DNA of 64,000 bases from an uncultured virus (IMG/VR IMGVR_UViG_3300025314_001151) (taxonomy: Duplodnaviria > Heunggongvirae > Uroviricota > Caudoviricetes), in the IMG/VR virus record IMGVR_UViG_3300025314_001151, one strand, 5' to 3'. Positions within the stretch are counted from its first letter, which is position 1. The number at the start of each line of letters is the position of its first letter. The notes beneath the pieces were generated by a model. It saw only the letters and a program-made list of their open reading frames with translations. It had not been told where the DNA came from and made no database searches. Of this stretch, positions 40,137-50,500 are shown one piece after another. The position numbers and the translations under genes are program-made.

Positions 40137-40730
40137 TCATGTCTTTGGTTGTAATATCGCATGTGCATCAGAATATAGACCATTTTGAATGTCTACTGTT
40201 ACACTTGCATCCATATATCCAGATTTTTTAAATGTTACTGTATGTATTCCTGTAATGATTCCAATCACAGATGATGGTGTTGTTGCAATGTTACCATTTA
40301 TATCTAGAACTGGTTGTCCATCTAGATATATATTTGCACCGTCGGGCATTGTACCTGTTACCATATGTCCATAAGTTACTTGTCTGACTGGAATATATGG
40401 CCATCCTGGAGATGGTTGTAATTGTTGTCTTGATGTATGGGATAACATCAAAGGATATGACCACATCGATGTATTTAATACAGCTCGTGCATGACAATAT
40501 GAACCTTTTGCAACATTTATACTCAATGTTATTTCATTATATCCTGCTCTGCTAAATGTTATGGTATGTACACCTTCAGAAACATTATGTATCACAGTTG
40601 GTGTCTTTGCAATTTTGCCAGAAGTATCTATGATAATATCTCCATCTAGATATATGTCAGCTCTAGCAGGACGGGTATTTGCAATTATGCGACCTAGTTC
40701 AGGATTTAGATATTCGTTGTATGTTACCAT
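40137..40730 (-). CDS. PEGA-domain protein (two domains)
   Basis: TRPARADIYLDG...TP and TMPDGANIYLDG...TP motifs. Confidence 0.85.
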   Translation of the reverse strand: MVTYNEYLNPELGRIIANTRPARADIYLDGDIIIDTSGKIAKTPTVIHNVSEGVHTITFSRAGYNEITLSINVAKGSYCHARAVLNTSMWSYPLMLSHTSRQQLQPSPGWPYIPVRQVTYGHMVTGTMPDGANIYLDGQPVLDINGNIATTPSSVIGIITGIHTVTFKKSGYMDASVTVDIQNGLYSDAHAILQPKT

Positions 40731-40930
40731 ATTTTTTCACATTTCTTGACTTATTATATATTACTGTTGGTATTATATCTTATATAATATCTTATTTGAT
40801 ATCCTTGTCTAATTAAATTCTATGATATTAAAGCTAAACAACGCTTATAAACATTGCGAATATGTTGCGATGTAGCAGAAATGCATCGAGTTTAATTCTG
40901 GACTATATCGTTAGTATTAATATATACTGT

Positions 40931-42037
40931 TCAAGTAAAGTTGTCTAACAGCTTAGAAATTACGTCCAAATCTATATATGAAGGATATTGTCTTGACAAT
41001 TGTTCAGACAATATTTCTAGTACTATCAAATTAGCAGATGGAGTAGCGCATCCTGATAATTCTTCTATACCCCATGGGCCATATGTTGGTTCTGGAGATG
41101 TGTATTTACGAATACGAATATCTGTTATCCATCCAGAGGCTCCATTGGCAGTATCTCCATAATTTGTAATTGCGTATATATATCGCAATCCTGTTATTCC
41201 TGTTTGTGTTGCTGTATAAGTTACTAGAAGACTGGTTCTTGCAGGATCAGTATATATACTAAGTGTGAAAACATCTCCTAAGCGTGTTAACGAAAAATAA
41301 TATATTGTTCCAGGCACCCAGTTATAATTTACCCAATTGCCACCTGCAGGAGCGTTGTTGTTTCGAGTTGCCATCCCCCAGTTCTTAACTCCAGTACTAT
41401 TTATATGTATTGCATAATATACTCCATCATACCATGTTGTAGCAAGAGGATTGTTATTTGTATCTGAAACACCAACTTTTAGGCCAGTACTTTTTGTACT
41501 ATCAGTTCGTGTGGATGTAAAATCATAAATAAAATTTCCAATGTCTGATCCTTTGTCAATATATATCCTTTGATTTGCAGCTGTATCAGGTTGTCCTGTT
41601 ATATTAATTCTATGATTTGAGGTTCTATCTATTGTATATTTACTTCCTGCATCTACCTCTGTCCATTGTTCAGTCGATCCTGTTGCAAAATCATCAAATA
41701 CGATAAATGTATTTCTACCACCTAACGAATTATCGTAAGTTGCTGATGAATTACCATAATATAAATATATTGTTTTTGTACCTGATGGGATAGAAGGAAT
41801 CTTGACCCATATTTTTGTTGATGCGGTATTACAACCAGATCCTATCCAATAGTTGAGAAGAGACGAGTCATCACTGTCGACAAACCTTATATCTCCACAA
41901 TCTGATCTCATCTTGGTGGCTGTTACAAGACTTGCCGTATCTATTGTAGCTAATGTCTGATAATCTGTTAGGGCAGGTCCAGAGTTGGATACTGTAATTG
42001 ATTTTCTATAATTCCAACTGTTATTGTACCATGTCAT
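40931..42037 (-). CDS. DUF2341-domain protein with lectin-like C-terminal region
   Basis: W..SW.YRKSIT, DIRF.D.D...L.YWI, IWVKIP, YLYYGN and FDDF motifs. Confidence 0.85.
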   Translation of the reverse strand: MTWYNNSWNYRKSITVSNSGPALTDYQTLATIDTASLVTATKMRSDCGDIRFVDSDDSSLLNYWIGSGCNTASTKIWVKIPSIPSGTKTIYLYYGNSSATYDNSLGGRNTFIVFDDFATGSTEQWTEVDAGSKYTIDRTSNHRINITGQPDTAANQRIYIDKGSDIGNFIYDFTSTRTDSTKSTGLKVGVSDTNNNPLATTWYDGVYYAIHINSTGVKNWGMATRNNNAPAGGNWVNYNWVPGTIYYFSLTRLGDVFTLSIYTDPARTSLLVTYTATQTGITGLRYIYAITNYGDTANGASGWITDIRIRKYTSPEPTYGPWGIEELSGCATPSANLIVLEILSEQLSRQYPSYIDLDVISKLLDNFT

Positions 42038-42063
42038 TATTGCTATCTCATATTATATATATT

Positions 42064-42144
42064 TATTCCTTTATGTTGATTATATTCCTTTATGTTGATT
42101 ATATTCCTTTATGTTGATTATATTCCTTTATGTTGATTATATTC
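42064..42144. repeat. Perfect 19-nt intergenic tandem repeat x4.3, starting in the stop codon of 42143..42586
   Basis: Unit TATTCCTTTATGTTGATTA. Confidence 0.95.
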
Positions 42145-42586
42145 ATGTTACTATGAAATTACATACTGGAGCCAAACATCCAATATTAATTGTGCAAGTA
42201 TCAGTACATGACAATGGGCCAGTTGGACAAGAGTCTTCTATATATACTGAAAAATCTATTGTACCAGTCGATGCAGACGATATATCCAAATCATCTAGAG
42301 TATATACTCTTGTTATTTGTACATCTTCTAAAGCATCATATATTGGATTATCTAATCCTTCTAGTCTTGATGGATCTATTATTGTAGGTATACTACCCTT
42401 TCTGAATTCTACATAATATGGACCGGTACCATCCTTTGGAGTCGCCTTTAATGTTATAATGTCTCCAGAATATTTTGGGGTGGTAGGACATGTGGCCAGA
42501 GATTTGGAATAACCTCCAAATTCTGATGATCCAAACGGTGATGAACCGTATCCAATATGTGTAATATTTTCAGTATTATTGTTCAT
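42143..42586 (-). CDS. Small Cys-containing Ig-like protein (DSCPTG family), paralog of 44334 and 56193
   Basis: SGD...L.A.P.G..PY.V.F.K; DSCPTG..SC...C.I...C.AP.CNF.VT. Confidence 0.75.
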   Translation of the reverse strand: MNNNTENITHIGYGSSPFGSSEFGGYSKSLATCPTTPKYSGDIITLKATPKDGTGPYYVEFRKGSIPTIIDPSRLEGLDNPIYDALEDVQITRVYTLDDLDISSASTGTIDFSVYIEDSCPTGPLSCTDTCTINIGCLAPVCNFIVT

Positions 42587-42644
42587 AATAAAATCAACAG
42601 CTTTGTATATTTATATTATTTAATTAATATCTTAAATCTATAAA

Positions 42645-44213
42645 TTATATTCCTATAGTCATGGCAAATACTGATATATTTCTAAATGTTAGTGTTGGAA
42701 CTCCAGTGCTCAAACTTGCACTAAATTTTAAATATCTAGCACTTAAAAATCCTTCGTATTCAAATGAGTATGTACAAGTTCCTGCACATGAAAAATTCCA
42801 AGTGGCTAAAGTCGAATAGGTTGTATCATCTGTACTATATGACCATGTACCAGTCCCACCATATCCAGAAGACCATGATATAACTCCATATATAATGGGT
42901 TTCATCAAATATGTAGCACCAAAATCTATTTTCAGTGTTAATGACCCACTAGCATCAAGAGTTCCTGGTGTGGTAAAATTTACCAAATTCATATTGGTAA
43001 CTTCTGATAACGGTGAGGGTGGAGTAGTCCATCCTGTTGTGGATACAGATGGAGTAACTATGCCTGTTAATTCCTTATATACAAATGTTGGTATTGCGCC
43101 TGGTATTGACGATAGAGTCTGCCAAGTTGCAGCAGTCGAGCTTGTTGCTACTAATACTTGACCACTACTTGGAGCCGTCGCTGCCGATACATCTACTGTT
43201 GTTGTAGCACTTTTCAATGATTTAGCCATTACATTGTTAGTAGTATCTGTAATAGTTTTGTTTGTCAGAGTTTGTGTATTTGTAGTTCCAACTATGGCAC
43301 CTGTTGCGCCATGAGTAGCAGTTGTAGAAGCATGATTATCAACGGTATCCTTTCTTGCTATATCATCAACAGCAGAAGGTGCCGCTACTTTTGCCCTGCC
43401 AGATGCATCACGTTGCATGATCGCACTTGCTGTGGCTGCAGATGTAGAACCGTGTGCAGTTGTCAATGCTGCATGGGTATCAACTTTTGCCTGAGAACCT
43501 GATGTACTTTCTACGGTAGATGCACCTACACCATGTACACCTATCGATGCTGCTATATGGCCTGCTGAAGCTGTAAGAGCGGTATCTATTTGTGCGTGTG
43601 TATTTGTACCTACATTTGATAAATTGGCAGTATGGTCTCCAATGGTACCTGTATGTCTTGAAATACCGTGAATTTGTGCTGGTGCATCTCCTGATGAATC
43701 GAAATTGTGTACACTTGTTGTTATTGATGAATGAGTAGATATTGCAATATTTCTTGCTCCGACTGAGTCAATAGTATCTCCACCTACACCATGTACCCCT
43801 GTGCTCAATGCTGCATGTGTACTGACATTTGATGCAGATTCTGATTGTATGTCATCAATAGTCTTCTTAGTAGGAGCAAGTATCATTTTGTAAATCTTGC
43901 CTGGTGTATTATGATTGTATCCTGTCACATTTGGAGTTACTCCAGTACCTTCTTGTGCTCTCATCAATATTAGTGTATCTTCAACACGAGATATACATCT
44001 TACTATTTCTACATTTGGATCGTCTGCAGGATCTGCATATGTAGAGTTGTTGAACCATACAAGATTGAATGATCCTAGAGCTGTATCTGGTAATTTATAA
44101 CCTTCTCCTGAATTTAATACTATTGATGTTGCTGAATTATCGTAACCAGTTGATACAGTTACTTTTCCAAAATTGGTTACTGGATCTAATAAAGTATTTA
44201 TATAATGTTCCAT
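42645..44213 (-). CDS. Tail-fibre-like protein, variant 1 (conserved head, His-rich shaft, beta-sandwich tip)
   Basis: EIVRC..R..DTL...RAQEGT head; H.A....HG repeats; TNTQTLTNKT; tip with WSYSTD...ARYLKF. Confidence 0.75.
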   Translation of the reverse strand: MEHYINTLLDPVTNFGKVTVSTGYDNSATSIVLNSGEGYKLPDTALGSFNLVWFNNSTYADPADDPNVEIVRCISRVEDTLILMRAQEGTGVTPNVTGYNHNTPGKIYKMILAPTKKTIDDIQSESASNVSTHAALSTGVHGVGGDTIDSVGARNIAISTHSSITTSVHNFDSSGDAPAQIHGISRHTGTIGDHTANLSNVGTNTHAQIDTALTASAGHIAASIGVHGVGASTVESTSGSQAKVDTHAALTTAHGSTSAATASAIMQRDASGRAKVAAPSAVDDIARKDTVDNHASTTATHGATGAIVGTTNTQTLTNKTITDTTNNVMAKSLKSATTTVDVSAATAPSSGQVLVATSSTAATWQTLSSIPGAIPTFVYKELTGIVTPSVSTTGWTTPPSPLSEVTNMNLVNFTTPGTLDASGSLTLKIDFGATYLMKPIIYGVISWSSGYGGTGTWSYSTDDTTYSTLATWNFSCAGTCTYSFEYEGFLSARYLKFSASLSTGVPTLTFRNISVFAMTIGI

Positions 44214-44333
44214 ATATTATCTCCTAGCGGTTCATTATTTTTAATTATTTGATTTTTTAATATTTGATGTATAGAATTTATTTTTAATATTTGGCAATCT
44301 CCGTCTGAACTTCCTTTTAGTAATTTTACTATA

Positions 44334-44852
44334 TTATGTCACTGTAAAGTTACATATTGGAGCAACACATCCGACACTGATTGTGCAAGTCTCTGTGCAT
44401 GACATTGGGCCAGTTGGACAAGAGTCTTCTATATATACTGAAAAATTTATTGTACCAGTCGATGCTGACGATATATCTAAATCATCCAAAGTATATACTC
44501 TTGTAATCTGTGTATCTTCAACGGCGCCTGTAGTTGGATTAGATAGTCCTCCTAATCTTGACGTACTTATAGTAGAACCATCTTTTTTAAAAGTTACGAC
44601 ATATGGTTCCACACCACCTGTCGGTGTTGCTTTTAATGTTACAGTATCTCCAGAATATTTTGGAGTTGATGGACATGATGCTAAAGCTGTTGTATAGCTT
44701 CCAAATTCATATGATCCAAATGATCCTGATCCATATCCAATATTTCGAATATTTGGAATATTTTTTATATTATTATCTATATTGTTATTTATATCATTAT
44801 TCGTATTATACATATATACTCCAACGTTGTTTATAGATGCTCGAGAATACAA
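44334..44852 (-). CDS. Small Cys-containing Ig-like protein (DSCPTG family)
   Basis: Close paralog of 42143..42586; start uncertain. Confidence 0.75.
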   Translation of the reverse strand: MYSRASINNVGVYMYNTNNDINNNIDNNIKNIPNIRNIGYGSGSFGSYEFGSYTTALASCPSTPKYSGDTVTLKATPTGGVEPYVVTFKKDGSTISTSRLGGLSNPTTGAVEDTQITRVYTLDDLDISSASTGTINFSVYIEDSCPTGPMSCTETCTISVGCVAPICNFTVT

Positions 44853-44920
44853 GATAATAACTCTTCTGAGTTGTGTTACTACTATTTAATTTGTTGGTAG
44901 AATTGTCTATTACAAATAAA

Positions 44921-45319
44921 TTAATCTACTACAATGAAAGAAGACCAGGCTGGATCAAATTCTATTCTGAAATTTTGTATAAATACATTTGTAAATATAG
45001 TCTCAGAATGTGCATACAACTGAATTAAATCGCCATTTGCAATTGAAATACCAGTGAAATCTTCTGATTTTGTCACATAATAATCTGCAGCTTCTATTCT
45101 TTCTGTACCATATGGCACACCGTTTTTATATACTCTACCCCATCCAGAGAAATAAAAATCTCCATCAAAATATCCGGCTAGATCAAATACTATGCGCCAT
45201 GATCCAGTGTATGAATCAGTCATAGTAAGCTCTTTAAGTTTTACATATGTCGTTGAACTTGTTTGACTTGCGGCATCACTAGAATATCGTATAGTATCAG
45301 TTGCAGCAATTATTGTCAT
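44921..45319 (-). CDS. Small beta-sandwich protein resembling a fibre tip domain
   Basis: STTYVKLKE, VYKNGVPYGTER and GDLIQLY motifs. Confidence 0.55.
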   Translation of the reverse strand: MTIIAATDTIRYSSDAASQTSSTTYVKLKELTMTDSYTGSWRIVFDLAGYFDGDFYFSGWGRVYKNGVPYGTERIEAADYYVTKSEDFTGISIANGDLIQLYAHSETIFTNVFIQNFRIEFDPAWSSFIVVD

Positions 45320-45326
45320 CTAAACC

Positions 45327-46535
45327 TCACGGAATTGTAAAGTCTACTTGTATGCCCAATTGGGTTACAGTGCCAGTAGTAGAAACAACCATTATTTCCA
45401 ATTTATCTCCTGCAGCATATGCGGTATTCTGCACTGTACCACCATCCATCCAGGTATCTGCGCTTGTAAGAGATTTTGCGCTTGCAAGATGGTTTAACGA
45501 ACCGTTGCGTCTTGCATTAATTGTAGCACCAGTGCCTCCTACACGATAACCTCTGACATTGGTCACAGTACAAGAGAAAGGAGCATACCATATAATGAGA
45601 TTTAAAGCTGCATTTGGTATTCCTGCAGAGTTATATATAGTTCCACCCTTTGTTATTATTGTCGATTGCCAAGTTGCAGAAGTCGAAGATGTAGCTTTTA
45701 ATACTTGACCAGAAGATGGAGATATAGCTGCAGAGACATCTACTGTTGTCGTAACACTCTTCAGTGATTTGGCCATTACATTATTCGTAGCATCTGTAAT
45801 TGTCTTATTTGTCAGTGATTGTGTATTTGTCGTACCAACTACTGCACCTGTTGCACCATGTACGGCTGAAGCTGCTATATGACTTGTTGAATTTGTAATA
45901 GCAGTGTCTATCTGTGCATGTGTATTTGTACCTACATTTGATAAATTTGCAGTATGATCTCCTATGGTACCAGTATGTCTTGAAATACCATGAGTTTGTG
46001 CTGGAGCATCTCCAGATGAATCGAAATTATGTACACTTGTTGACAATGCCGCATGTGTGTCGACTTTTGCTTGTGAACCTGTAATACTTTCTACAGTAGA
46101 TGCGCCGACTCCATGTATTCCTGTACTTAATGCCGCATGTGTACTGACATTTGATGCAGATTCTGATTGTATATCATCAATAGTCTTCTTAGTAGGGGCA
46201 AGTATCATTTTGTAAATCTTGCCAGAAATGTTATGTGTATATCCTGTCACATTTGGAGTTACTCCAGTACCTTCCTGTGCTCTCATCAATATTAGTGTAT
46301 CTCCGACACGAGATATACATCTTACTATTTCTACATTTGGATCGTCTGCAGGATCTGCATATGTAGAGTTGTTGAACCATACAAGATTGAATGATCCTAG
46401 ACCTGTATCTGGTAATTTATAACCTTCTCCTGAATTTAATACTATTGATGTTGTAGTATCGTTATATCCAGTCGATACAATTACTTTTCCAAAATTGGTT
46501 ACTGGATCTAATAAAGTATTTATAGAATGTTCCAT
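45327..46535 (-). CDS. Tail-fibre-like protein, variant 2 (same head, different tip)
   Basis: About 140 N-terminal residues nearly identical to 42645..44213; diverges after QVL.ATSST.ATWQ. Confidence 0.75.
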   Translation of the reverse strand: MEHSINTLLDPVTNFGKVIVSTGYNDTTTSIVLNSGEGYKLPDTGLGSFNLVWFNNSTYADPADDPNVEIVRCISRVGDTLILMRAQEGTGVTPNVTGYTHNISGKIYKMILAPTKKTIDDIQSESASNVSTHAALSTGIHGVGASTVESITGSQAKVDTHAALSTSVHNFDSSGDAPAQTHGISRHTGTIGDHTANLSNVGTNTHAQIDTAITNSTSHIAASAVHGATGAVVGTTNTQSLTNKTITDATNNVMAKSLKSVTTTVDVSAAISPSSGQVLKATSSTSATWQSTIITKGGTIYNSAGIPNAALNLIIWYAPFSCTVTNVRGYRVGGTGATINARRNGSLNHLASAKSLTSADTWMDGGTVQNTAYAAGDKLEIMVVSTTGTVTQLGIQVDFTIP

Positions 46536-46572
46536 ATATTATCTCCTAATTGCTCGCTAATATTTATTATTT

Positions 46573-47277
46573 TTATTTTCTTTTTCTGTATCTTTTTTGA
46601 GGTCCAACAGTTTGACATATTTCTCTATATGGCCTTTGTTTTTCATGACATTTATAAGACGATGGTTCCCATGCATGCCAAGTTGTCATGCATTTCTTTC
46701 TGCAATCTTCTAATTTAGTTGCACATATCTTTTCTATGATATTGCATTCTTTCTTATTTTCAATATCTTCTGGCTTGATTCTTGAGCAGATTGCCTTTTT
46801 CTCTGCACATCTCTTTCTTAAATCACAACAATTTTCACCTTGTGCAATGATGAATAATCCAGCAAGTCCTGCAAACGCTACTAATGAACCAATTCCAGCT
46901 TCTAATTTCTCTACTTTTATCGATTTTGTACACCAACCATTGCTACATACTAATGTACCAGTAGATAAACATGGGTAACATGATTGGTGACTTATGGAAT
47001 ATGTTCCACTGTGATGAAATGAATGTATATATGGATTTACTGTTGTCTCAATTATTGGATTGCCTGGTTGGTCTCCAAATCTCCATCTAAATATTGTAGC
47101 GTTTGTAGCCAAACTTGTGAATTTCTTTGGAAAGTGATCAAGAGTTTGAATTTCTTTATTATTAAGATTGTGTATATCATTTCTATAGTTGCCAAGATGA
47201 TATGCATCATTAAAGAACTTCCAAATATCGTCTGATGTATCTATTGATTCAACAATAAATTCTGATGTATCTATCAT
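46573..47277 (-). CDS. PKD-like domain + TM + Cys-rich basic tail
   Basis: WRFGD...HSFHHSGTY; EAGIGSLVAFAGLAGLFII; multiple Cys. Confidence 0.65.
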   Translation of the reverse strand: MIDTSEFIVESIDTSDDIWKFFNDAYHLGNYRNDIHNLNNKEIQTLDHFPKKFTSLATNATIFRWRFGDQPGNPIIETTVNPYIHSFHHSGTYSISHQSCYPCLSTGTLVCSNGWCTKSIKVEKLEAGIGSLVAFAGLAGLFIIAQGENCCDLRKRCAEKKAICSRIKPEDIENKKECNIIEKICATKLEDCRKKCMTTWHAWEPSSYKCHEKQRPYREICQTVGPQKRYRKRK

Positions 47278-47456
47278 AATAATTCATTATATAATAATTA
47301 CTTTTTTCATCGAAATTTTCCTCTTCGTGATTTTACTCATCATGCATGTTCCAATCACAAAATTACATGCTTGATGTTGACCAGTTTCAATTATTGGAGT
47401 CCATTCCCATTCTAAATAAAGTGAGTTTTTGGTATTGGACTTTTTGTCAAACTCAC

Positions 47457-47520
47457 CAAAAAAAAAATAAAAATCAAAAAAATTAAAAAATCAAAAAAAT
47501 TAAAAAATTAAACCAATTTA
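47457..47520 (-). terminator. Oligo-T tracts on the coding strand downstream of 47600..52933; candidate archaeal-type terminator
   Basis: Plus-strand A-runs (AAAAAATC/TT repeats). Confidence 0.35.
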
Positions 47521-47599
47521 ACAATTTAAAGATATGATATGATTATTTATTATTTTCTCCTATTATCTCAGTTTATTTACATTGAAATATTTGTCTTTA

Positions 47600-50500
47600 T
47601 TATATCGTGAATGTTCCTTCAAGTCTATAAGTATGTGTACCAACAGATATTCCACAAATTACTTTAGGAGTCAGTTCTCCTTTGTACTCATTATCTATGT
47701 AGATCTTAGATCCCTTTGGAACACTGTTGAATGGATTACATCCTTTACCTCCAACTCCTATATTAAATGTTCCTTCGAGTCTAAATGTATGGGTACCTGC
47801 AGTTATTCCACACACTTTGACAGGAGTGTACATTCCAAATGTATATCCGTCTAATGTAACTCTAGATCCAACTGGAACACTTGCAAATTCTTGACAATAT
47901 GTCTCTAGTGAAGATGGACTTACTGATATATTGACAATTGTATTTGGAATTACATTGACCGTTCCTATATAGTCGAAATGATTTGCCAATTGAAGTCTGT
48001 ACATATGATAACATGCAAGTACTCCTGTTATTGATGTAGGTGTCACTTGACCAGTGTCTATTTCATCTAAGAATATTCTTGCCTTGGATGGTGTACTTGT
48101 AAAGTATATGCTTCCTAACATAGGTACTAGATTTATAGTCACATTAGTAGTCTGATTTCCTAATATAGCAACTGTGCCAGAATAGTCTTGATAACATAGA
48201 GACTTTAAAGTATAGCTATGACTTCCACAATATATATTTGTAACAGTTGCTGGAGTTGTCAAACCAGTATCTATACCATCTATGAATATCTCTGCTCCGT
48301 ATGGTGTGCTATTGAAGTAAGCATTTCCAGTTAGAAGAGTTAATGGTGCTGATATTGGAATTGTTTGGCCAGCTAACACAGTGATACTGTCTGAATAATC
48401 TTCGTAACACGATAGCCTGAGAGCATATGTGTATGTTCCTATAGGTAGATTTGTAACAATTGCTGGAGTGACCTGGTGGGTATCTTCTCCATTTATAAAG
48501 ATTGATGCACCAGATGGTATGCTATTGAAAGATATGTCTCCAACCATAAGTACCAATGTTTCTGATACAGTTACAGTTTGGTCAACAATTACATCTATAC
48601 TTCCCATATAGTCATAATAGTTTGCTAATTTGAGGATATATGAGTGAGTGCCTATAGGTAGATTTGCAACAGTTGATGGAGTGGTCTGATCAGTATCCAT
48701 GCTATCTATAAATATCTTTGCTCCTGAAGGAATAGAGTTGAAAGATATATCTCCAGTCATGAATACCAACGTTTCTGATACTGTTACTGTTTGACCAGCA
48801 ATTACATTTATGCTTCCTGTATAGTCATAATAGTTTGCTAATTTGAGAGTATATGAGTGAATACCTTCCAATATGTTGAGCATAGTATATGGAGTAATAT
48901 ATCCAGTGTCTACATCATCAATGAATATATTTGCTCCTGCTGGAGTAGTATTGAAAGATATATTTCCAAGAGTTGGTAATAGAGTCGTTGTTATTGATGT
49001 TGTTTCTCCTCCGACCACCGTTGTACTGCCTGAATAGTCGTGATAGTCTGCTAATCTGAGAATATATGAATGAGTGCCTTCCAAAATATTGGTTATGGTA
49101 TATGGAGTTATAAGTCCTGTATCCACGTTGTCAAGGAATATTTTTGCTCCTATTGGAATTGTGTTGAAAGTTATATTTCCAAGAGTCGGCAATAGATCAA
49201 TTGTTATTGTTGACGTCTGTTCTCCAACTACTGATACATTACCTGAATAGTCATGGTAGTCTGCCAATGAGAATCTGTATGTATGTACTCCTGGAACTAC
49301 ATTTGTTATCGTATATGGAGTTGTCAGTCCTGTATCTACGTCATCAAGGAATATCTTAGCTCCTGCAGGATTAGTACCGAATATTACTGTTCCAGTAATA
49401 AGAATCAGAGTTGGCATTACTGGTACAGTTTGATCTCCTACTACTGTTATATTATCTGTAAAGTCGTAATAGCCAGATAATTTTAGAGTATATATATGGT
49501 TACCAGGAAGTAAATCTGTTATTGTAACTGGAGTAATTTGACCAGTATCTATATTATCTATGAATACCTTTGCTTCAGGCGGAATTGTGACAAAAGATAT
49601 GCTTCCAACAATAAGAGTTAATGTCTCTGTTATTGTTGTCGTCTGTCCTCCTATTACTGTTGCACTTCCTGACAAATCATGATATCCTGTAAGTGATAGT
49701 GTATATGTATGAGTCCCTGGAATAGTGTCTGTCACTCTACTTGGAGTTGCTAATCCTGTGTCTATATTGTCAATGAATATCTTTGCTCCTGATGGAACAG
49801 TAGCGAAGGATATACTTCCAACAATAAGAGTCAATGTCGCTGTTACACTTGTAGTCTCTGAACCTACTACAGTTGCACTACCTGTATAGTCATAATAGCC
49901 TGCAAGCGAAAGTGTGTACATATGGGTTCCTGGAACCATATTTGTTACTGCTGCAGGCGTCACCAATCCTGTATCGATATCATTTATTATTATCTTTGCT
50001 CCTGGCGGTGATGATGTAAATGATATTTCTCCAGTGATAAGTACCTCAGTAGCAGTTACTACAGCAGTCTCACCTCCAGTGACTGTAACCGTTCCTATAT
50101 AGTCATAATAGCCTGCAAGTACAAGCCTATACGTATGAGTTCCTTCTGGGACATCTGTTATCGTAGTTGGAGTGGTCTGACCTGTATCTATATCATCTAA
50201 GAATATCTTTGATCCTTCAGGTGTAGAATTAAATAGTATGTTTCCAAATGTTGGTATCAAAGTCGCTGTAATTGTTGATGTTTGTCCTCCTACTACAGTT
50301 GTTGTACCAGTATAGTCACGATAATTTGCCAATCTGAGAGTGTATGTGTGATCTCCAGGAAGTATTCCTGTCACTGTGTATGGAGTTGTTATTCCTGTTT
50401 GTAATACATTATCTATGAATATCTCAACTCCTGATGGCGTGGAAACAAACGATATATCTCCAGTGATAAGAGTCAATGTCTCTTCTACCGTTGATGTTTG

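Noticed and set aside
46573..47277. Multiheme cytochrome in the Cys-rich proteins
   Set aside because: No CxxCH motifs seen.
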